64,000 nucleotides of DNA from NCBI GenBank assembly GCA_028532855.1, contig JAQQAL010000002.1, forward strand, positions 5,901 to 69,900, in the 5' to 3' direction. Within the stretch, counting starts at the first letter, position 1. Each line of letters starts with the position of its first letter. The stretch comes from Candidatus Thalassospirochaeta sargassi. GTDB taxonomy: Bacteria > Spirochaetota > Spirochaetia > UBA9216. The notes beneath the pieces were generated by a model, which was not told the origin of the DNA, did no database searches, and saw nothing but the letters and a program-made list of their open reading frames with translations. The position numbers and the translations under genes are program-made. Positions 9,559 to 21,171 of the stretch are shown here, in pieces.

Positions 9559-10788
9559 TCATTCCTCCCTGCAGAGCGGCATACTCATACAGCGGGGGCC
9601 GCCCCGGCCGCGGACAAGTTCAGAGCCGGGAATCTCAACCACCTCTATGCCGTGCTTACGCAAAATATTGTTTGAAACAATATTTCGACGGTAGGTAACG
9701 ACCGTTCCGGGAGCAAGGGCCAGGGTATTTGTGGAATCGTTCCACTGTTCCCTTTCGGCGGTAACTGCATCGCCCCCGCCGGTTTCAATCAGTGTCACAG
9801 CTGGAAGATCAAGTGATCTGCTGAGGGTCTTTATCAGATTGTCCTGCGGTCTAATGGTTATACCGCCTGAACGTTTTGTCAGGCTGAATACATGCACCTT
9901 GTCGGTGATGCCTGGAAAAATCGTAAACTTATCCCTATCCACCATTGTAAAAACGGTATCGAGATGCATGTAGGCCCGGGTGAATGGAATCTGAATTACA
10001 ATCACCTCTGTAATATGTTCATCCTCTGAGAATAGTCTTGCTGCAAGGTTTTCAATTCCTTCGGCACTTGTTCTGGCGCTGCAGCCGATTGCAACTACAT
10101 GTTTACTTAGAACAAGTATATCTCCGCCTTCGATTGATTCGGGCTCGTTGTATTCATGCCACAGTCTCTGTCCGGAGCCGTTGAAACGCTTATGGTTTTT
10201 TACAATGTATTGTAGAAGCATACTCTCGCGTCTGCGAGCCTTTGCTTTCATGCTGTTAACAGATAATCTGCTGCCTATTACGGTGCCGTAATCACGGGCA
10301 AAGTAAAGGTTCGGCAGCGGATCTAGATAGAATGGATAATCATCCTTTATATAAAAGGAAAGTCGCTTTTCCAGTACAGGTTGTTTTACATCTGCCTTGG
10401 CAAGGCCTGCGAGCAGGGTCCCGGCCAGATCCTCCGGGGAACGCTCACTTAAAAGCATGCTGATGTCACAGCGCAGGCTGTTGTCCGTCAGCCCCAGATT
10501 GTCTGCTACTTCATCTACTACCGACTGCTTTACATCAGGATTCTTTAGGATATCAGCAAGCAGCTTTTCAAAATATAGGACCTCAGCCCCTCTTTCGCGC
10601 AGGGTCCGGGCGAAGACATCGTGCTCTTCCTGCATCTGAGCAAGATAGGGAATATCCTCAAAAAGCATTTCATCGAGATATTTCGGTATGAGCTGTTCAA
10701 GTTCCCTGCCTGGTCTGTGTAGCAGAATTGTCTTCAGGGTGCCTGTTTCAGAGCGAATATTAAAGATTGATGATTGAAGTTCTTTCAA
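9559..10788 (-). CDS. arcA: Arginine deiminase.
   Basis: 409 aa with the catalytic C-terminal 'GGPRCMSMPL'. TTG start (complement of 10786-10788) sits 6 nt after a GGAGG RBS. Confidence 0.9.
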   Translation of the reverse strand: MKELQSSIFNIRSETGTLKTILLHRPGRELEQLIPKYLDEMLFEDIPYLAQMQEEHDVFARTLRERGAEVLYFEKLLADILKNPDVKQSVVDEVADNLGLTDNSLRCDISMLLSERSPEDLAGTLLAGLAKADVKQPVLEKRLSFYIKDDYPFYLDPLPNLYFARDYGTVIGSRLSVNSMKAKARRRESMLLQYIVKNHKRFNGSGQRLWHEYNEPESIEGGDILVLSKHVVAIGCSARTSAEGIENLAARLFSEDEHITEVIVIQIPFTRAYMHLDTVFTMVDRDKFTIFPGITDKVHVFSLTKRSGGITIRPQDNLIKTLSRSLDLPAVTLIETGGGDAVTAEREQWNDSTNTLALAPGTVVTYRRNIVSNNILRKHGIEVVEIPGSELVRGRGGPRCMSMPLCREE

Positions 10789-10894
10789 CTGCAGCCTCCG
10801 TTTATCACTATTATAGTACCCGTTATACTGTATTTTACAAGTGCTTCCAGTATGTAAGATTGATCAATATTGGAATATCAGATAGTTTACGATT

Positions 10895-11536
10895 ATGATA
10901 AGGAATATTCTCTTTGATATGGATAACTGTCTCTATCCCGAATCGTCAGGTCTATGTAATGAAATGAATAAAAGAATAAGCAGTTTCACTGCGGAACTGC
11001 TATCTGTTTCATTTGAAGAAGCCGTTGCTTTAAGAAAGAAAAATGTGAAAACTTTCGGTACTACCTTGAAATGGCTTGAGAGCACCAGGGGTTTTACTGC
11101 TATAGACGAATACAACAGGGTTATACACCCTGCCAATGTCGAAGATTTTCTTAAACCCTCACGGAACCTTAAAAAGATGCTGAATGACCTTTCCTGCAGG
11201 CTGAGCGTGCTTACCAACGCTCCGGCAATGCATGCAGAGAGAGTCTTGGGCTATCTGGATATAAGCTCGTGCTTTGAGAATATCCTCGATCTGGGTTTTT
11301 GCGATACAATGGGAAAACCGCACAAGCATACTTTTGAAAAGGCTCTTGAAGTCTGTGGATATGAAATAAATCATACCCTCTTTCTTGATGATGTTCCTGA
11401 GTATCTGACTCCCTTCAGGGAAATGGGCGGAGAGGTCCTCCTCGTTGATGAGAGCGGCAGACATACTGATAAGAATATTCCTTCAATTACGAACATCCTG
11501 CAGCTTCCTGAGTTTCTGGAAGCACCTGTCTGTTAA
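10895..11536 (+). CDS. HAD-superfamily hydrolase (pyrimidine 5'-nucleotidase-like, subfamily IA).
   Basis: N-terminal 'ILFDMDNCLY' DxD motif and distal 'FLDD' motif. Confidence 0.6.
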   Translation: MIRNILFDMDNCLYPESSGLCNEMNKRISSFTAELLSVSFEEAVALRKKNVKTFGTTLKWLESTRGFTAIDEYNRVIHPANVEDFLKPSRNLKKMLNDLSCRLSVLTNAPAMHAERVLGYLDISSCFENILDLGFCDTMGKPHKHTFEKALEVCGYEINHTLFLDDVPEYLTPFREMGGEVLLVDESGRHTDKNIPSITNILQLPEFLEAPVC

Positions 11537-11583
11537 GTTTAATTTTCTATTTAATTTGACGTATATTGTTTTTGGTATTAAAC

Positions 11584-11605
11584 TGATAATAGTAACGATT
11601 ATTGA
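11584..11605. promoter_or_regulatory. Candidate Fur/PerR-type operator (AATAAT-N7-ATTATT) overlapping the perR promoter.
   Basis: 'gATAATAgtaacgATTATTga' lies 10 nt upstream of the perR start. A related motif recurs upstream of katG. Confidence 0.3.
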
Positions 11606-11614
11606 AAAGCATTT

Positions 11615-11992
11615 ATGGAATACAGAAAGAGTAAACTTCGAGATGAAATATTAAAACTTTTACAAGAGACTGATATTCATCCCACAGCCGGATGGTTGTA
11701 TGATCAGCTTAAAGTAGATAATCCAAATCTCAGTCAGGGAACTATTTACAGGAATCTGGGGATACTTGTTGAACAGGGGCTTGTGGATAAAATTGATTTT
11801 GGGAGTACTTTTGACAGGTTTGAATATAAAAAACCGGACCACTATCATTTTATCTGTGAGAAATGTGGAGCTATTATTGATCTTGATATACCGATTAAAA
11901 CTGAACTGAATTCGGAGGTTGAAAAGATTGCTGGATTTAAAACCAGGAAACATCAAATCGAGTTCTATGGGATATGCGATGCTTGTAAGTAG
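11615..11992 (+). CDS. perR: Fur-family peroxide-responsive repressor (PerR-like).
   Basis: 125 aa with the 'HHF' and 'CxxC...CxxC' Fur-family metal sites. Sits immediately upstream of katG. Confidence 0.75.
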   Translation: MEYRKSKLRDEILKLLQETDIHPTAGWLYDQLKVDNPNLSQGTIYRNLGILVEQGLVDKIDFGSTFDRFEYKKPDHYHFICEKCGAIIDLDIPIKTELNSEVEKIAGFKTRKHQIEFYGICDACK

Positions 11993-12003
11993 ATTAATTT
12001 AAC

Positions 12004-12020
12004 TATTATTAGTAATCGTT
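12004..12020. promoter_or_regulatory. Second candidate Per-box-like operator, upstream of katG.
   Basis: 'ATTATTAGTAATCGTT' in the perR-katG spacer, similar to the motif upstream of perR. Confidence 0.25.
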
Positions 12021-12031
12021 CCGAATACTAA

Positions 12032-14236
<2,205 letters not shown>

Positions 14237-14300
14237 GGATTTTAAAGAAGGTTAATACCCGGTAATGGCTGCTTTTTGGCACCATTACCGGGCTCATGTT

Positions 14301-14666
14301 ATGAAGAAAATAGTATTTTTGCTTTTCGGACATTTCTTTTTGCTGCTCGGAATTATTGGAATATTTATTCCGGTTCTGCCGACGACACCCTTTTTGCTCC
14401 TGACAGCCGGCTGTTTTCTGAAAGGCTCCGAGCGTTTATACAGATGGCTTACAGAACACAGGGTCTTTGGTTCATTTTTACATAATTATATTACACACCG
14501 GGCCGTCACTGTAAAAGCGAGAATAAAAGCCGTTGTTTTTTTATGGACGGGAATTTCAGTATCGATTATATTTTTTACTGACTCTATAGGCTTGAGAATT
14601 TTTCTGGGGTTTATAGCTGTGGCGGTTACGATTCATCTCTTTTTATTAAAGACCTGTAAGGATTGA
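14301..14666 (+). CDS. YbaN/DUF454-family inner-membrane protein.
   Basis: 'GIIGIFIPVLPTTPFLLLTAGCF' is typical of DUF454. The ATG at 14301 is preferred over the longer ORF, which runs through a hairpin. Confidence 0.6.
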   Translation: MKKIVFLLFGHFFLLLGIIGIFIPVLPTTPFLLLTAGCFLKGSERLYRWLTEHRVFGSFLHNYITHRAVTVKARIKAVVFLWTGISVSIIFFTDSIGLRIFLGFIAVAVTIHLFLLKTCKD

Positions 14667-14864
14667 TAAAATCGAAAGATCTGACGTTTTGCGATAATAA
14701 TCTAAGATATTTTTATTAGACATGGTTGACTGTATTACTCCCCCGGCCTCAGAATTTCATGAATATTTAAAAAATAATAGAGTGATTCATTCACCTAGTG
14801 TGGAATCTTTCTAAACCCCACTACTGTAGATGAGCTGATTCCGGAAAAAATTTTCTATAAATGA

Positions 14865-15236
14865 AACCCCGGACTTGCTGCTGTTAAACGTGCATATTCT
14901 ATATACAGGGAGAAAAACTACAAAGCTATTCTTATGATAGCCGCAATGCGCGGGAATTATCATATATCTGAGCTGGCCGGCGCTGATTGTATTCTGTCTA
15001 TACATCCAAAACATCAGCCTGATTTTTTAAATGATTCCTATCCTAAAGAAGAATTAATTGATAAACCCGTAAATCCGGAATCATTGGAAAAACTGCTGAA
15101 AATACCAGAGTTTGTCAAAGCATATGAACCCAACGGAATGAAAACTGAAGAGTTTATAAGCTATGGAGCTGTTCAGAAAACGGCTTCTCAGTTTATCGAG
15201 TCCGGTTGGAAGAAGCTCGAAGCTTTTGAGCTATAG
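14865..15236 (+). pseudogene. Transaldolase C-terminal remnant, about one third of a gene.
   Basis: 'NPGLAAVKRAYSIYREKNYKAILMIAAMRGNYHISELAGADCILSIHP' aligns to a TalB region recalled from memory as 'DPGV..KIYNYYKK.GYKT.VMGASFRN..EI.ELAGCD.LTISP'. A TGA stop lies in frame at 14862 and no N-terminal part is present. Confidence 0.55.
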
Positions 15237-15627
15237 GCTGTAAAGAAGGCGGCTGTCGAGACTGGCAGCCGTCAATGAAATAAAAATGTTGTATATTCTT
15301 ACAAACTCAAATTGATTCCTGATAATTTCAATTTGGTCTTTATCTCTGAAGTAACAACCGGAATGCGTGATTTGTGCTTCTCGATAGCATAAAGAGTTGA
15401 GGACCACCTGCATAAGATGTCTGTATATACAGATGAAAAAGGCATAATAATGTAGCTGATTACTTTGCTTAAAGATTTCTCATTTATGAAATTAGTTTAG
15501 ATTCTTTTGCTCAATTGTTGCCAAATCAACACATTTCTAATGATGCCAATAAAGAATTACATTAACTGGTGCGATCTGAAAATCTGACTCATAATTATTA
15601 TAACAAATTTAGTGAGGTGTTTAGAAA

Positions 15628-17022
15628 ATGAGTAAAGAACAGAGTACTGCTTCATCGAGAGCAGGAATACAGAAGTTCGGCCGGTTTTTGAGCGGTATGG
15701 TTATGCCAAATATCGGCGCATTTATTGCATGGGGCTTAATTACGGCTCTCTTCATTCCTACAGGCTGGATCCCGAACGAAAAACTTTCATCACTTGTAGG
15801 TCCGATGATTACCTACCTTCTCCCGCTGCTAATAGCTTATACCGGCGGTAAGATGATCTGGGGTGTCCGCGGCGGTGTTATGGGCGCTATTGCAACAATG
15901 GGTGTAATTGTCGGTGCAGATATTCCAATGTTTATCGGTGCGATGATAATGGGCCCCCTGGGCGGCTGGGTTATCAAAAAATCAGATAAACTTATTGAAG
16001 GGAAGGTGCCTGTAGGTTTTGAAATGCTTATTGACAACTTTTCAGTTGGTATACTCGGAATGCTTGTGGCCCTTCTCGGCTATTTTCTTGTTTCACCAGT
16101 AATCAGTGGTTTTGTTGCAATTATCCAGAATGGTGTTGAGTTTCTTATTAACGCAAGGCTTCTTCCTTTAGCATCAATTTTCATTGAGCCCGGTAAGGTT
16201 CTCTTTCTTAACAATGCTATAAATCACGGAATCCTTAGTCCTCTTGGTATTTCTCAGGCTCAGGAAACAGGTAAATCAATTCTATTCCTGCTTGAAACCA
16301 ACCCCGGTCCCGGTCTAGGTATTCTTCTTGCATACTGGATGTTTTCTAAGGGCAACATCAAGGCTTCAGCTCCCGGTGCCATCATAATCCACTTTTTCGG
16401 CGGAATTCATGAAATCTATTTTCCTTACATCCTTATGAGACCGGTTCTTATTCTTGCTGCAATGGGCGGTGGAGCAGCCGGTGTCCTGACTAACCTTGTA
16501 CTTGGATCCGGTCTTGTAGCAGCCCCTTCTCCCGGTTCTATCTTTGCTCTCGCGGCAATGTCACCTAAAGGCGGTTTAATCCCTGTCTTGATAGGTGTAA
16601 TTATTGCTACTGCTGTATCATTTGTAATCGCAATGCCGTTTGTCCGAAAGTTTGCTGAAGAAGACAGTGATGATGATAAACTTGAAGATGCAAAGGGTGC
16701 AATGAAGGCAATGAAGTCTTCTGGAAAGATTACAGAGATTCTGTTTGCATGTGACGCAGGAATGGGTTCAAGCGCAATGGGTGCTAATAAGCTTACCAAG
16801 CTCCTGAAGGCTGAGGGGCTTGATGTCAAGGTAGAACACTGTTCCGTAGATGACATCCCCCGAAATGCTCAGCTTGTAATCTGTCATAGAGATCTGGCGG
16901 AGAGGGTTAAGCTATCAGGCACGAAGGCACATACAGTTGCAGTAACAAATCTGGTCAATGCGCCGGAATATAAAGATGTAGTAAAAATGGTAGTTGAAAG
17001 CCATGGAGCAGCAAAGGCTTAA
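15628..17022 (+). CDS. mtlA: PTS mannitol-specific EIICB.
   Basis: 464 aa, with an MtlA-type N-terminus and an EIIB domain 'CDAGMGSSAMG' near the C-terminus. Confidence 0.9.
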   Translation: MSKEQSTASSRAGIQKFGRFLSGMVMPNIGAFIAWGLITALFIPTGWIPNEKLSSLVGPMITYLLPLLIAYTGGKMIWGVRGGVMGAIATMGVIVGADIPMFIGAMIMGPLGGWVIKKSDKLIEGKVPVGFEMLIDNFSVGILGMLVALLGYFLVSPVISGFVAIIQNGVEFLINARLLPLASIFIEPGKVLFLNNAINHGILSPLGISQAQETGKSILFLLETNPGPGLGILLAYWMFSKGNIKASAPGAIIIHFFGGIHEIYFPYILMRPVLILAAMGGGAAGVLTNLVLGSGLVAAPSPGSIFALAAMSPKGGLIPVLIGVIIATAVSFVIAMPFVRKFAEEDSDDDKLEDAKGAMKAMKSSGKITEILFACDAGMGSSAMGANKLTKLLKAEGLDVKVEHCSVDDIPRNAQLVICHRDLAERVKLSGTKAHTVAVTNLVNAPEYKDVVKMVVESHGAAKA

Positions 17023-17110
17023 AATTTTACGAGATTTAACAAAACTGAACAAATCAGTATTGTTTCAAAGTCCGGCAGCTGATGCCGGGCTTCATTTAAA
17101 GGAGATTATC

Positions 17111-17572
17111 ATGGGTTTTACAGAATACATTGTTGAGAAGAAAGCAGTAATATGCGGACTTGAGGTTGATACATGGGAAGATGCCATTCTAAAGGGCGGA
17201 CGGATACTGGTTGATAATGGAGCAGCGTCTGAAGATTATCTGGCTACTATAATTAGAAAATGTAAGGACAACGGTCCCTACATTGTAATCGCACCGGGTA
17301 TAGCAATGCCACATGCAAGACCGGAAGAGGGTGCTCTGTCGCTCGGATATGGAATAGTTACCCTGAAAATGCCGGTAAGTTTTAAAGATCCTGATAATGA
17401 TCCTATAAGCCTGCTGATTTTTATGGCGGCACCGAGTGTTAAAGAACATAACGAGGAAGCGGTCTCTCAGATTGCCGATCTCTGTGATGATGAAGATGCA
17501 GTAGAGGCGATGATTAAGGCGTCCGACGTATCGGAAATATTGACAATACTTGAGAATGTTGAGGGAGAATAA
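17111..17572 (+). CDS. mtlF: PTS mannitol-type EIIA.
   Basis: 'GIAMPHARPE' phosphorylation-site histidine motif. ATG at 17111 preceded by RBS 'aaggag'. Confidence 0.8.
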   Translation: MGFTEYIVEKKAVICGLEVDTWEDAILKGGRILVDNGAASEDYLATIIRKCKDNGPYIVIAPGIAMPHARPEEGALSLGYGIVTLKMPVSFKDPDNDPISLLIFMAAPSVKEHNEEAVSQIADLCDDEDAVEAMIKASDVSEILTILENVEGE

Positions 17573-17631
17573 AATTACCTCCATGTGATTTTATTATTAG
17601 AAGTATCATAGGACAAATCAGGAGTGAGCAA

Positions 17632-17892
17632 ATGGTAAAAGGAACAATTTTAGTAAGCAATCCTACAGGACTTCATACAAGACCTGCAAAGAATGTAGTC
17701 GCGAAGGCAAAACAATTTGAAAGCAAAATTATTATCAAATATGGAGAAAAGGAAGCGGATGCGAAGAGTCTGCTTAAGATAATGAAGCTTGGTATTACAC
17801 AGAATAACGAGATTGAGCTGCAGTGCGACGGATCCGATGAAGAAAAGGCCCTCAGTACTATGACTGAGTTTATCCTCAACCTGGAGGGTTGA
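17632..17892 (+). CDS. ptsH: Phosphocarrier protein HPr.
   Basis: 86 aa with 'GLHTRPA' (His15) and a Ser46-region 'KSLLKIM'. Confidence 0.9.
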   Translation: MVKGTILVSNPTGLHTRPAKNVVAKAKQFESKIIIKYGEKEADAKSLLKIMKLGITQNNEIELQCDGSDEEKALSTMTEFILNLEG

Positions 17893-19607
17893 TTATGACC
17901 GGAATTTCCGTATCGGACGGTATCGCTCATGGTACTGCATTTATAATTGACGAAGAGCACTCTATTGAAGATAGAAAAATAGACTCCGGAGATCTGAAGG
18001 CGGAAATTGCAAAATTTCTGGAAGGACGTGACAGAGCTGCTGTCGAACTCGAGAAGTTAATATTGAAAGTCCGTGTGGAACTCGGCGATGATAAGGCGGA
18101 GATTTTTGAGGGGCATCTCGAAATTCTCAGTTCAGATGATGTTGAAGAGGGCGTTATTGAGATTATCACTGAGAATCTGATTTGTGCAGAAAAAGCTTCT
18201 GAGATTTTTGCTGAAGAAAATGCGAAAGAAATGGAAGAGCTCGATGACGAATACTTCAGAGAACGCGGACAGGATTTCAGGGATATAGGAAAGCAGCTTG
18301 TAAAGGGAATAATCGGATCAGATTTGAATGATGCCGAACTGCCTGAAGAAGCTATTGTTATCAGTGAAGAGCTAACACCATCTCAGACCGCTGCATTGGA
18401 TATGTCGAAAGTGAAGGGATTTATTGTCCGCAAGGGCGGAAAGAATTCACATGCAGCAATTATCGCCAGATCACTAGAGCTGCCTGCGATCATACTTGAG
18501 GATGATAATTCTTTTTCACAATTCAGACCGGGCGATATAGTATACATTGACGGAGAAAGCGGAGAACTCTGGATAAATCCAAGACAGGAAATTGTCCGGA
18601 AGATTGATCGAAAGTATAAAAGCAGGCAGAAAGAGAAGGCTGAACTCATGAAGCTATTGAATCTGCCTACGGAAACTGCTGACAAAAAACCGGTTGGGTT
18701 ATATGCAAATGTAGGTGGACTTTTTGATATTGATAACGCTAAGAAATACAATGCAGAGGGTATTGGACTGTTCAGAACCGAGTTTCTGTTTATGGAAACC
18801 AAGAGTTGTCCTACCCTTGAAAGGCAGACGCATGTATACCAATCAGCAATAGAATCTCTTGAAGGCCGGAACGTAATAATCCGCCTTCTTGATACCGGTG
18901 CTGATAAACCCCTTTCTTATATGCCTCTTCCTGAAGAAGATAATCCCTTTCTCGGTATCCGGGGAATAAGGCTTCTTTTTCAGAAAGAAGATATTCTGCG
19001 GACCCAGATCCAGGCACTTCTAATGGCAAGTGAAGCCGGATCTGTCGGCATGATGATTCCGATGATAAATTCTCTCAAACCGATACAGCGTGTGAGAGCC
19101 ATTATCGAAGAAGAAAAGCAGGCGCTTGCGTGGAAGGGCCCGGAAAATCTAAAACTCGGTGTAATGATAGAAACGCCTGCGGCTGTTCAGCTGATCGAAG
19201 ACATCCTTGATCAGGTTGATTTTATAAGCATAGGTACCAATGACCTGACTCAGTATACCCTGGCTGCCGATCGCGGTAATCCGTCTATGAATGAATACTA
19301 CGACGAGTTTCATCCTGCTGTACTACGCTCGATTGCTCATGTAATCAAACAGGCTGGTAAAAAGAAAAAGCTGAACGGAATATGCGGTGAGCTTGCCGGC
19401 AATCCGCTTGCGCTTCCGTTTTTCGTCGGTCTCGGTGTGGATGAGCTGAGTACAAATGCTTCTAATATTTTGAGGCTGAAAAAGATAATCAGAAAAATAG
19501 ATTCCGGTGAGGCGAAAGACCTTGTTCAGGAGATTCTCAGGATTCCGGCCTCTGAGGGGATCCGCGCCAGGCTGAATCGTTTTCTGAATGAAAGAGATCT
19601 TATATAG
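17889..19607 (+). CDS. ptsI: PTS Enzyme I (phosphoenolpyruvate-protein phosphotransferase).
   Basis: 'GGKNSHAAIIARSLELPAI' plus a PEP-utilizing TIM-barrel C-domain. ATGA overlap with ptsH. Confidence 0.9.
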   Translation: MIMTGISVSDGIAHGTAFIIDEEHSIEDRKIDSGDLKAEIAKFLEGRDRAAVELEKLILKVRVELGDDKAEIFEGHLEILSSDDVEEGVIEIITENLICAEKASEIFAEENAKEMEELDDEYFRERGQDFRDIGKQLVKGIIGSDLNDAELPEEAIVISEELTPSQTAALDMSKVKGFIVRKGGKNSHAAIIARSLELPAIILEDDNSFSQFRPGDIVYIDGESGELWINPRQEIVRKIDRKYKSRQKEKAELMKLLNLPTETADKKPVGLYANVGGLFDIDNAKKYNAEGIGLFRTEFLFMETKSCPTLERQTHVYQSAIESLEGRNVIIRLLDTGADKPLSYMPLPEEDNPFLGIRGIRLLFQKEDILRTQIQALLMASEAGSVGMMIPMINSLKPIQRVRAIIEEEKQALAWKGPENLKLGVMIETPAAVQLIEDILDQVDFISIGTNDLTQYTLAADRGNPSMNEYYDEFHPAVLRSIAHVIKQAGKKKKLNGICGELAGNPLALPFFVGLGVDELSTNASNILRLKKIIRKIDSGEAKDLVQEILRIPASEGIRARLNRFLNERDLI

Positions 19608-19730
19608 AAGGAATGATAAAAAGAAGCCATTTTTTATCATTTTGAAGATTACGGTAAAACTTTGTGTTGTCCATAATCTTCACCTTCGTGGCCTGTCCTC
19701 AATGGCAGGATATTTTAAAAGGAGAAAAAA

Positions 19731-21068
19731 ATGAAAACAGCAGTGCATTTCGGCGCAGGAAATATAGGTCGTGGCTTCATCGGAAGTCTATTGTCGGCCT
19801 CAGGTTACCATGTGACGTTCGCAGATATTAGTAAAACCATCATTCCGGAGCTCAATGCCCGCGGAGAATATATCGTCGAAATAGTCGGTGAGGAAAAGCG
19901 TGAGATGAAAGTTTCTCCCGTTTCCGGAATCTATTCAAACGAACCGAAGCTTGCAAAGATTATAGCGGAAGCTGAAATAGTCACCACAGCGGTAGGTCCC
20001 GGTGTCCTTCCGCATATTGCCGCGCCGATTGCCCGGGGGATTACAGCACGTAAAGAGGCTGGAAATGAGAAGCCCCTGAATATTATTGCATGTGAGAATA
20101 TGATCGGCGGTTCATCAAAACTCAAAGCCGAGGTCCTTACTCATGTGAAGGCTGATGTTCGTAGTTTTGTCGAGAAAAATGTCGGATTTCCCAATTCGGC
20201 TGTCGACCGTATAGTTCCCCCTATGGAAGAAACTGAAGAGCTGCTTCGGGTTCGTGTTGAAGAATTCAGTGAATGGATTGTTGAGAAAGACAGTTTTATC
20301 GGTGAGGTTCCGAAAATTGAAGGAATGCATGCTACGGCCGACTTGATGAAATATGTGGAGCGTAAGCTGTTCACTCTGAACACAGGCCATGCAATTACCG
20401 CTTATCTTGGTGCTTTGCAGGGACATCGTACAATAGCCGAGAGTATCAGCGACCCTCAGATTCTTCCTGTTGTCCGCGGTGCAATGAACGAGAGCGGTGA
20501 AGTTCTCATCCTGCGCTACGGTTTTGATCGGGTTGCTCATACAGCTTATATAGAAAAGATTCTTGAAAGATTCCGCAATCCATGGCTCAAGGATGAGGTT
20601 GACCGTGTAGGACGCCAGCCGTTGCGAAAACTTGGTGCCGACGACAGGCTTATTAAGCCTCTTCGCGGTGCTATTGAATATGGTACTTCTTATCGAAACC
20701 TGGTCGTCGGTATTGCAGCTGCACTTTATTTCCGAAACGATGAAGATGATCAGGCTGAGAAGCTTGAGGGCCTGCTTGCGTCTCTGGATGTAAAGTCTGC
20801 AATTCCGGAAATAACCTCACTTGTGGATGACGATATAATTAAGGCCATTGAGGAAGCTTATGAAATCCGTGGTATAGAAGATCTGCACAGGGATTTCGTC
20901 TCTAACTGGACCCGGATAGTCTCGGCTATGGAAGCCGAACAGCATTTTCCGGAACTACTCAAGGAAGCCCTTTCCGGACGTGAAATTATTGTAGCTAAGA
21001 GTGGTATTCCCCTTGTCCGTATAACAGCTGTAGCTCCGGCCCCGCCAAACTACCAGGCTGGATTCTAA
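19731..21068 (+). CDS. mtlD: Mannitol-1-phosphate 5-dehydrogenase.
   Basis: 'MKTAVHFGAGNIGRGFIG' Rossmann N-terminus. At 445 aa it is longer than the canonical ~380 aa. Confidence 0.85.
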   Translation: MKTAVHFGAGNIGRGFIGSLLSASGYHVTFADISKTIIPELNARGEYIVEIVGEEKREMKVSPVSGIYSNEPKLAKIIAEAEIVTTAVGPGVLPHIAAPIARGITARKEAGNEKPLNIIACENMIGGSSKLKAEVLTHVKADVRSFVEKNVGFPNSAVDRIVPPMEETEELLRVRVEEFSEWIVEKDSFIGEVPKIEGMHATADLMKYVERKLFTLNTGHAITAYLGALQGHRTIAESISDPQILPVVRGAMNESGEVLILRYGFDRVAHTAYIEKILERFRNPWLKDEVDRVGRQPLRKLGADDRLIKPLRGAIEYGTSYRNLVVGIAAALYFRNDEDDQAEKLEGLLASLDVKSAIPEITSLVDDDIIKAIEEAYEIRGIEDLHRDFVSNWTRIVSAMEAEQHFPELLKEALSGREIIVAKSGIPLVRITAVAPAPPNYQAGF

Positions 21069-21074
21069 AATAGT

Positions 21075-21103
21075 CCACCGGCTTTGTCGGTGGGACATTT
21101 TTG
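21075..21103 (+). terminator. Rho-independent terminator after mtlD.
   Basis: Hairpin CCACCG-gctttgt-CGGTGG followed by 'gacattttt'. Confidence 0.6.
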
Positions 21104-21171
21104 AAAAATCATGCTATAATAAACGGCTTTCCGAATAAAAGTGATGATATATAAAAAGGGTCTGTTATAAA

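Noticed and set aside
16994-17110. Longer N-terminal extension of the EIIA-Mtl ORF (start at 16994, overlapping mtlA)
   Set aside because: The extension has no EIIA homology and overlaps the mtlA 3' end. The ATG at 17111 has a proper AAGGAG RBS.
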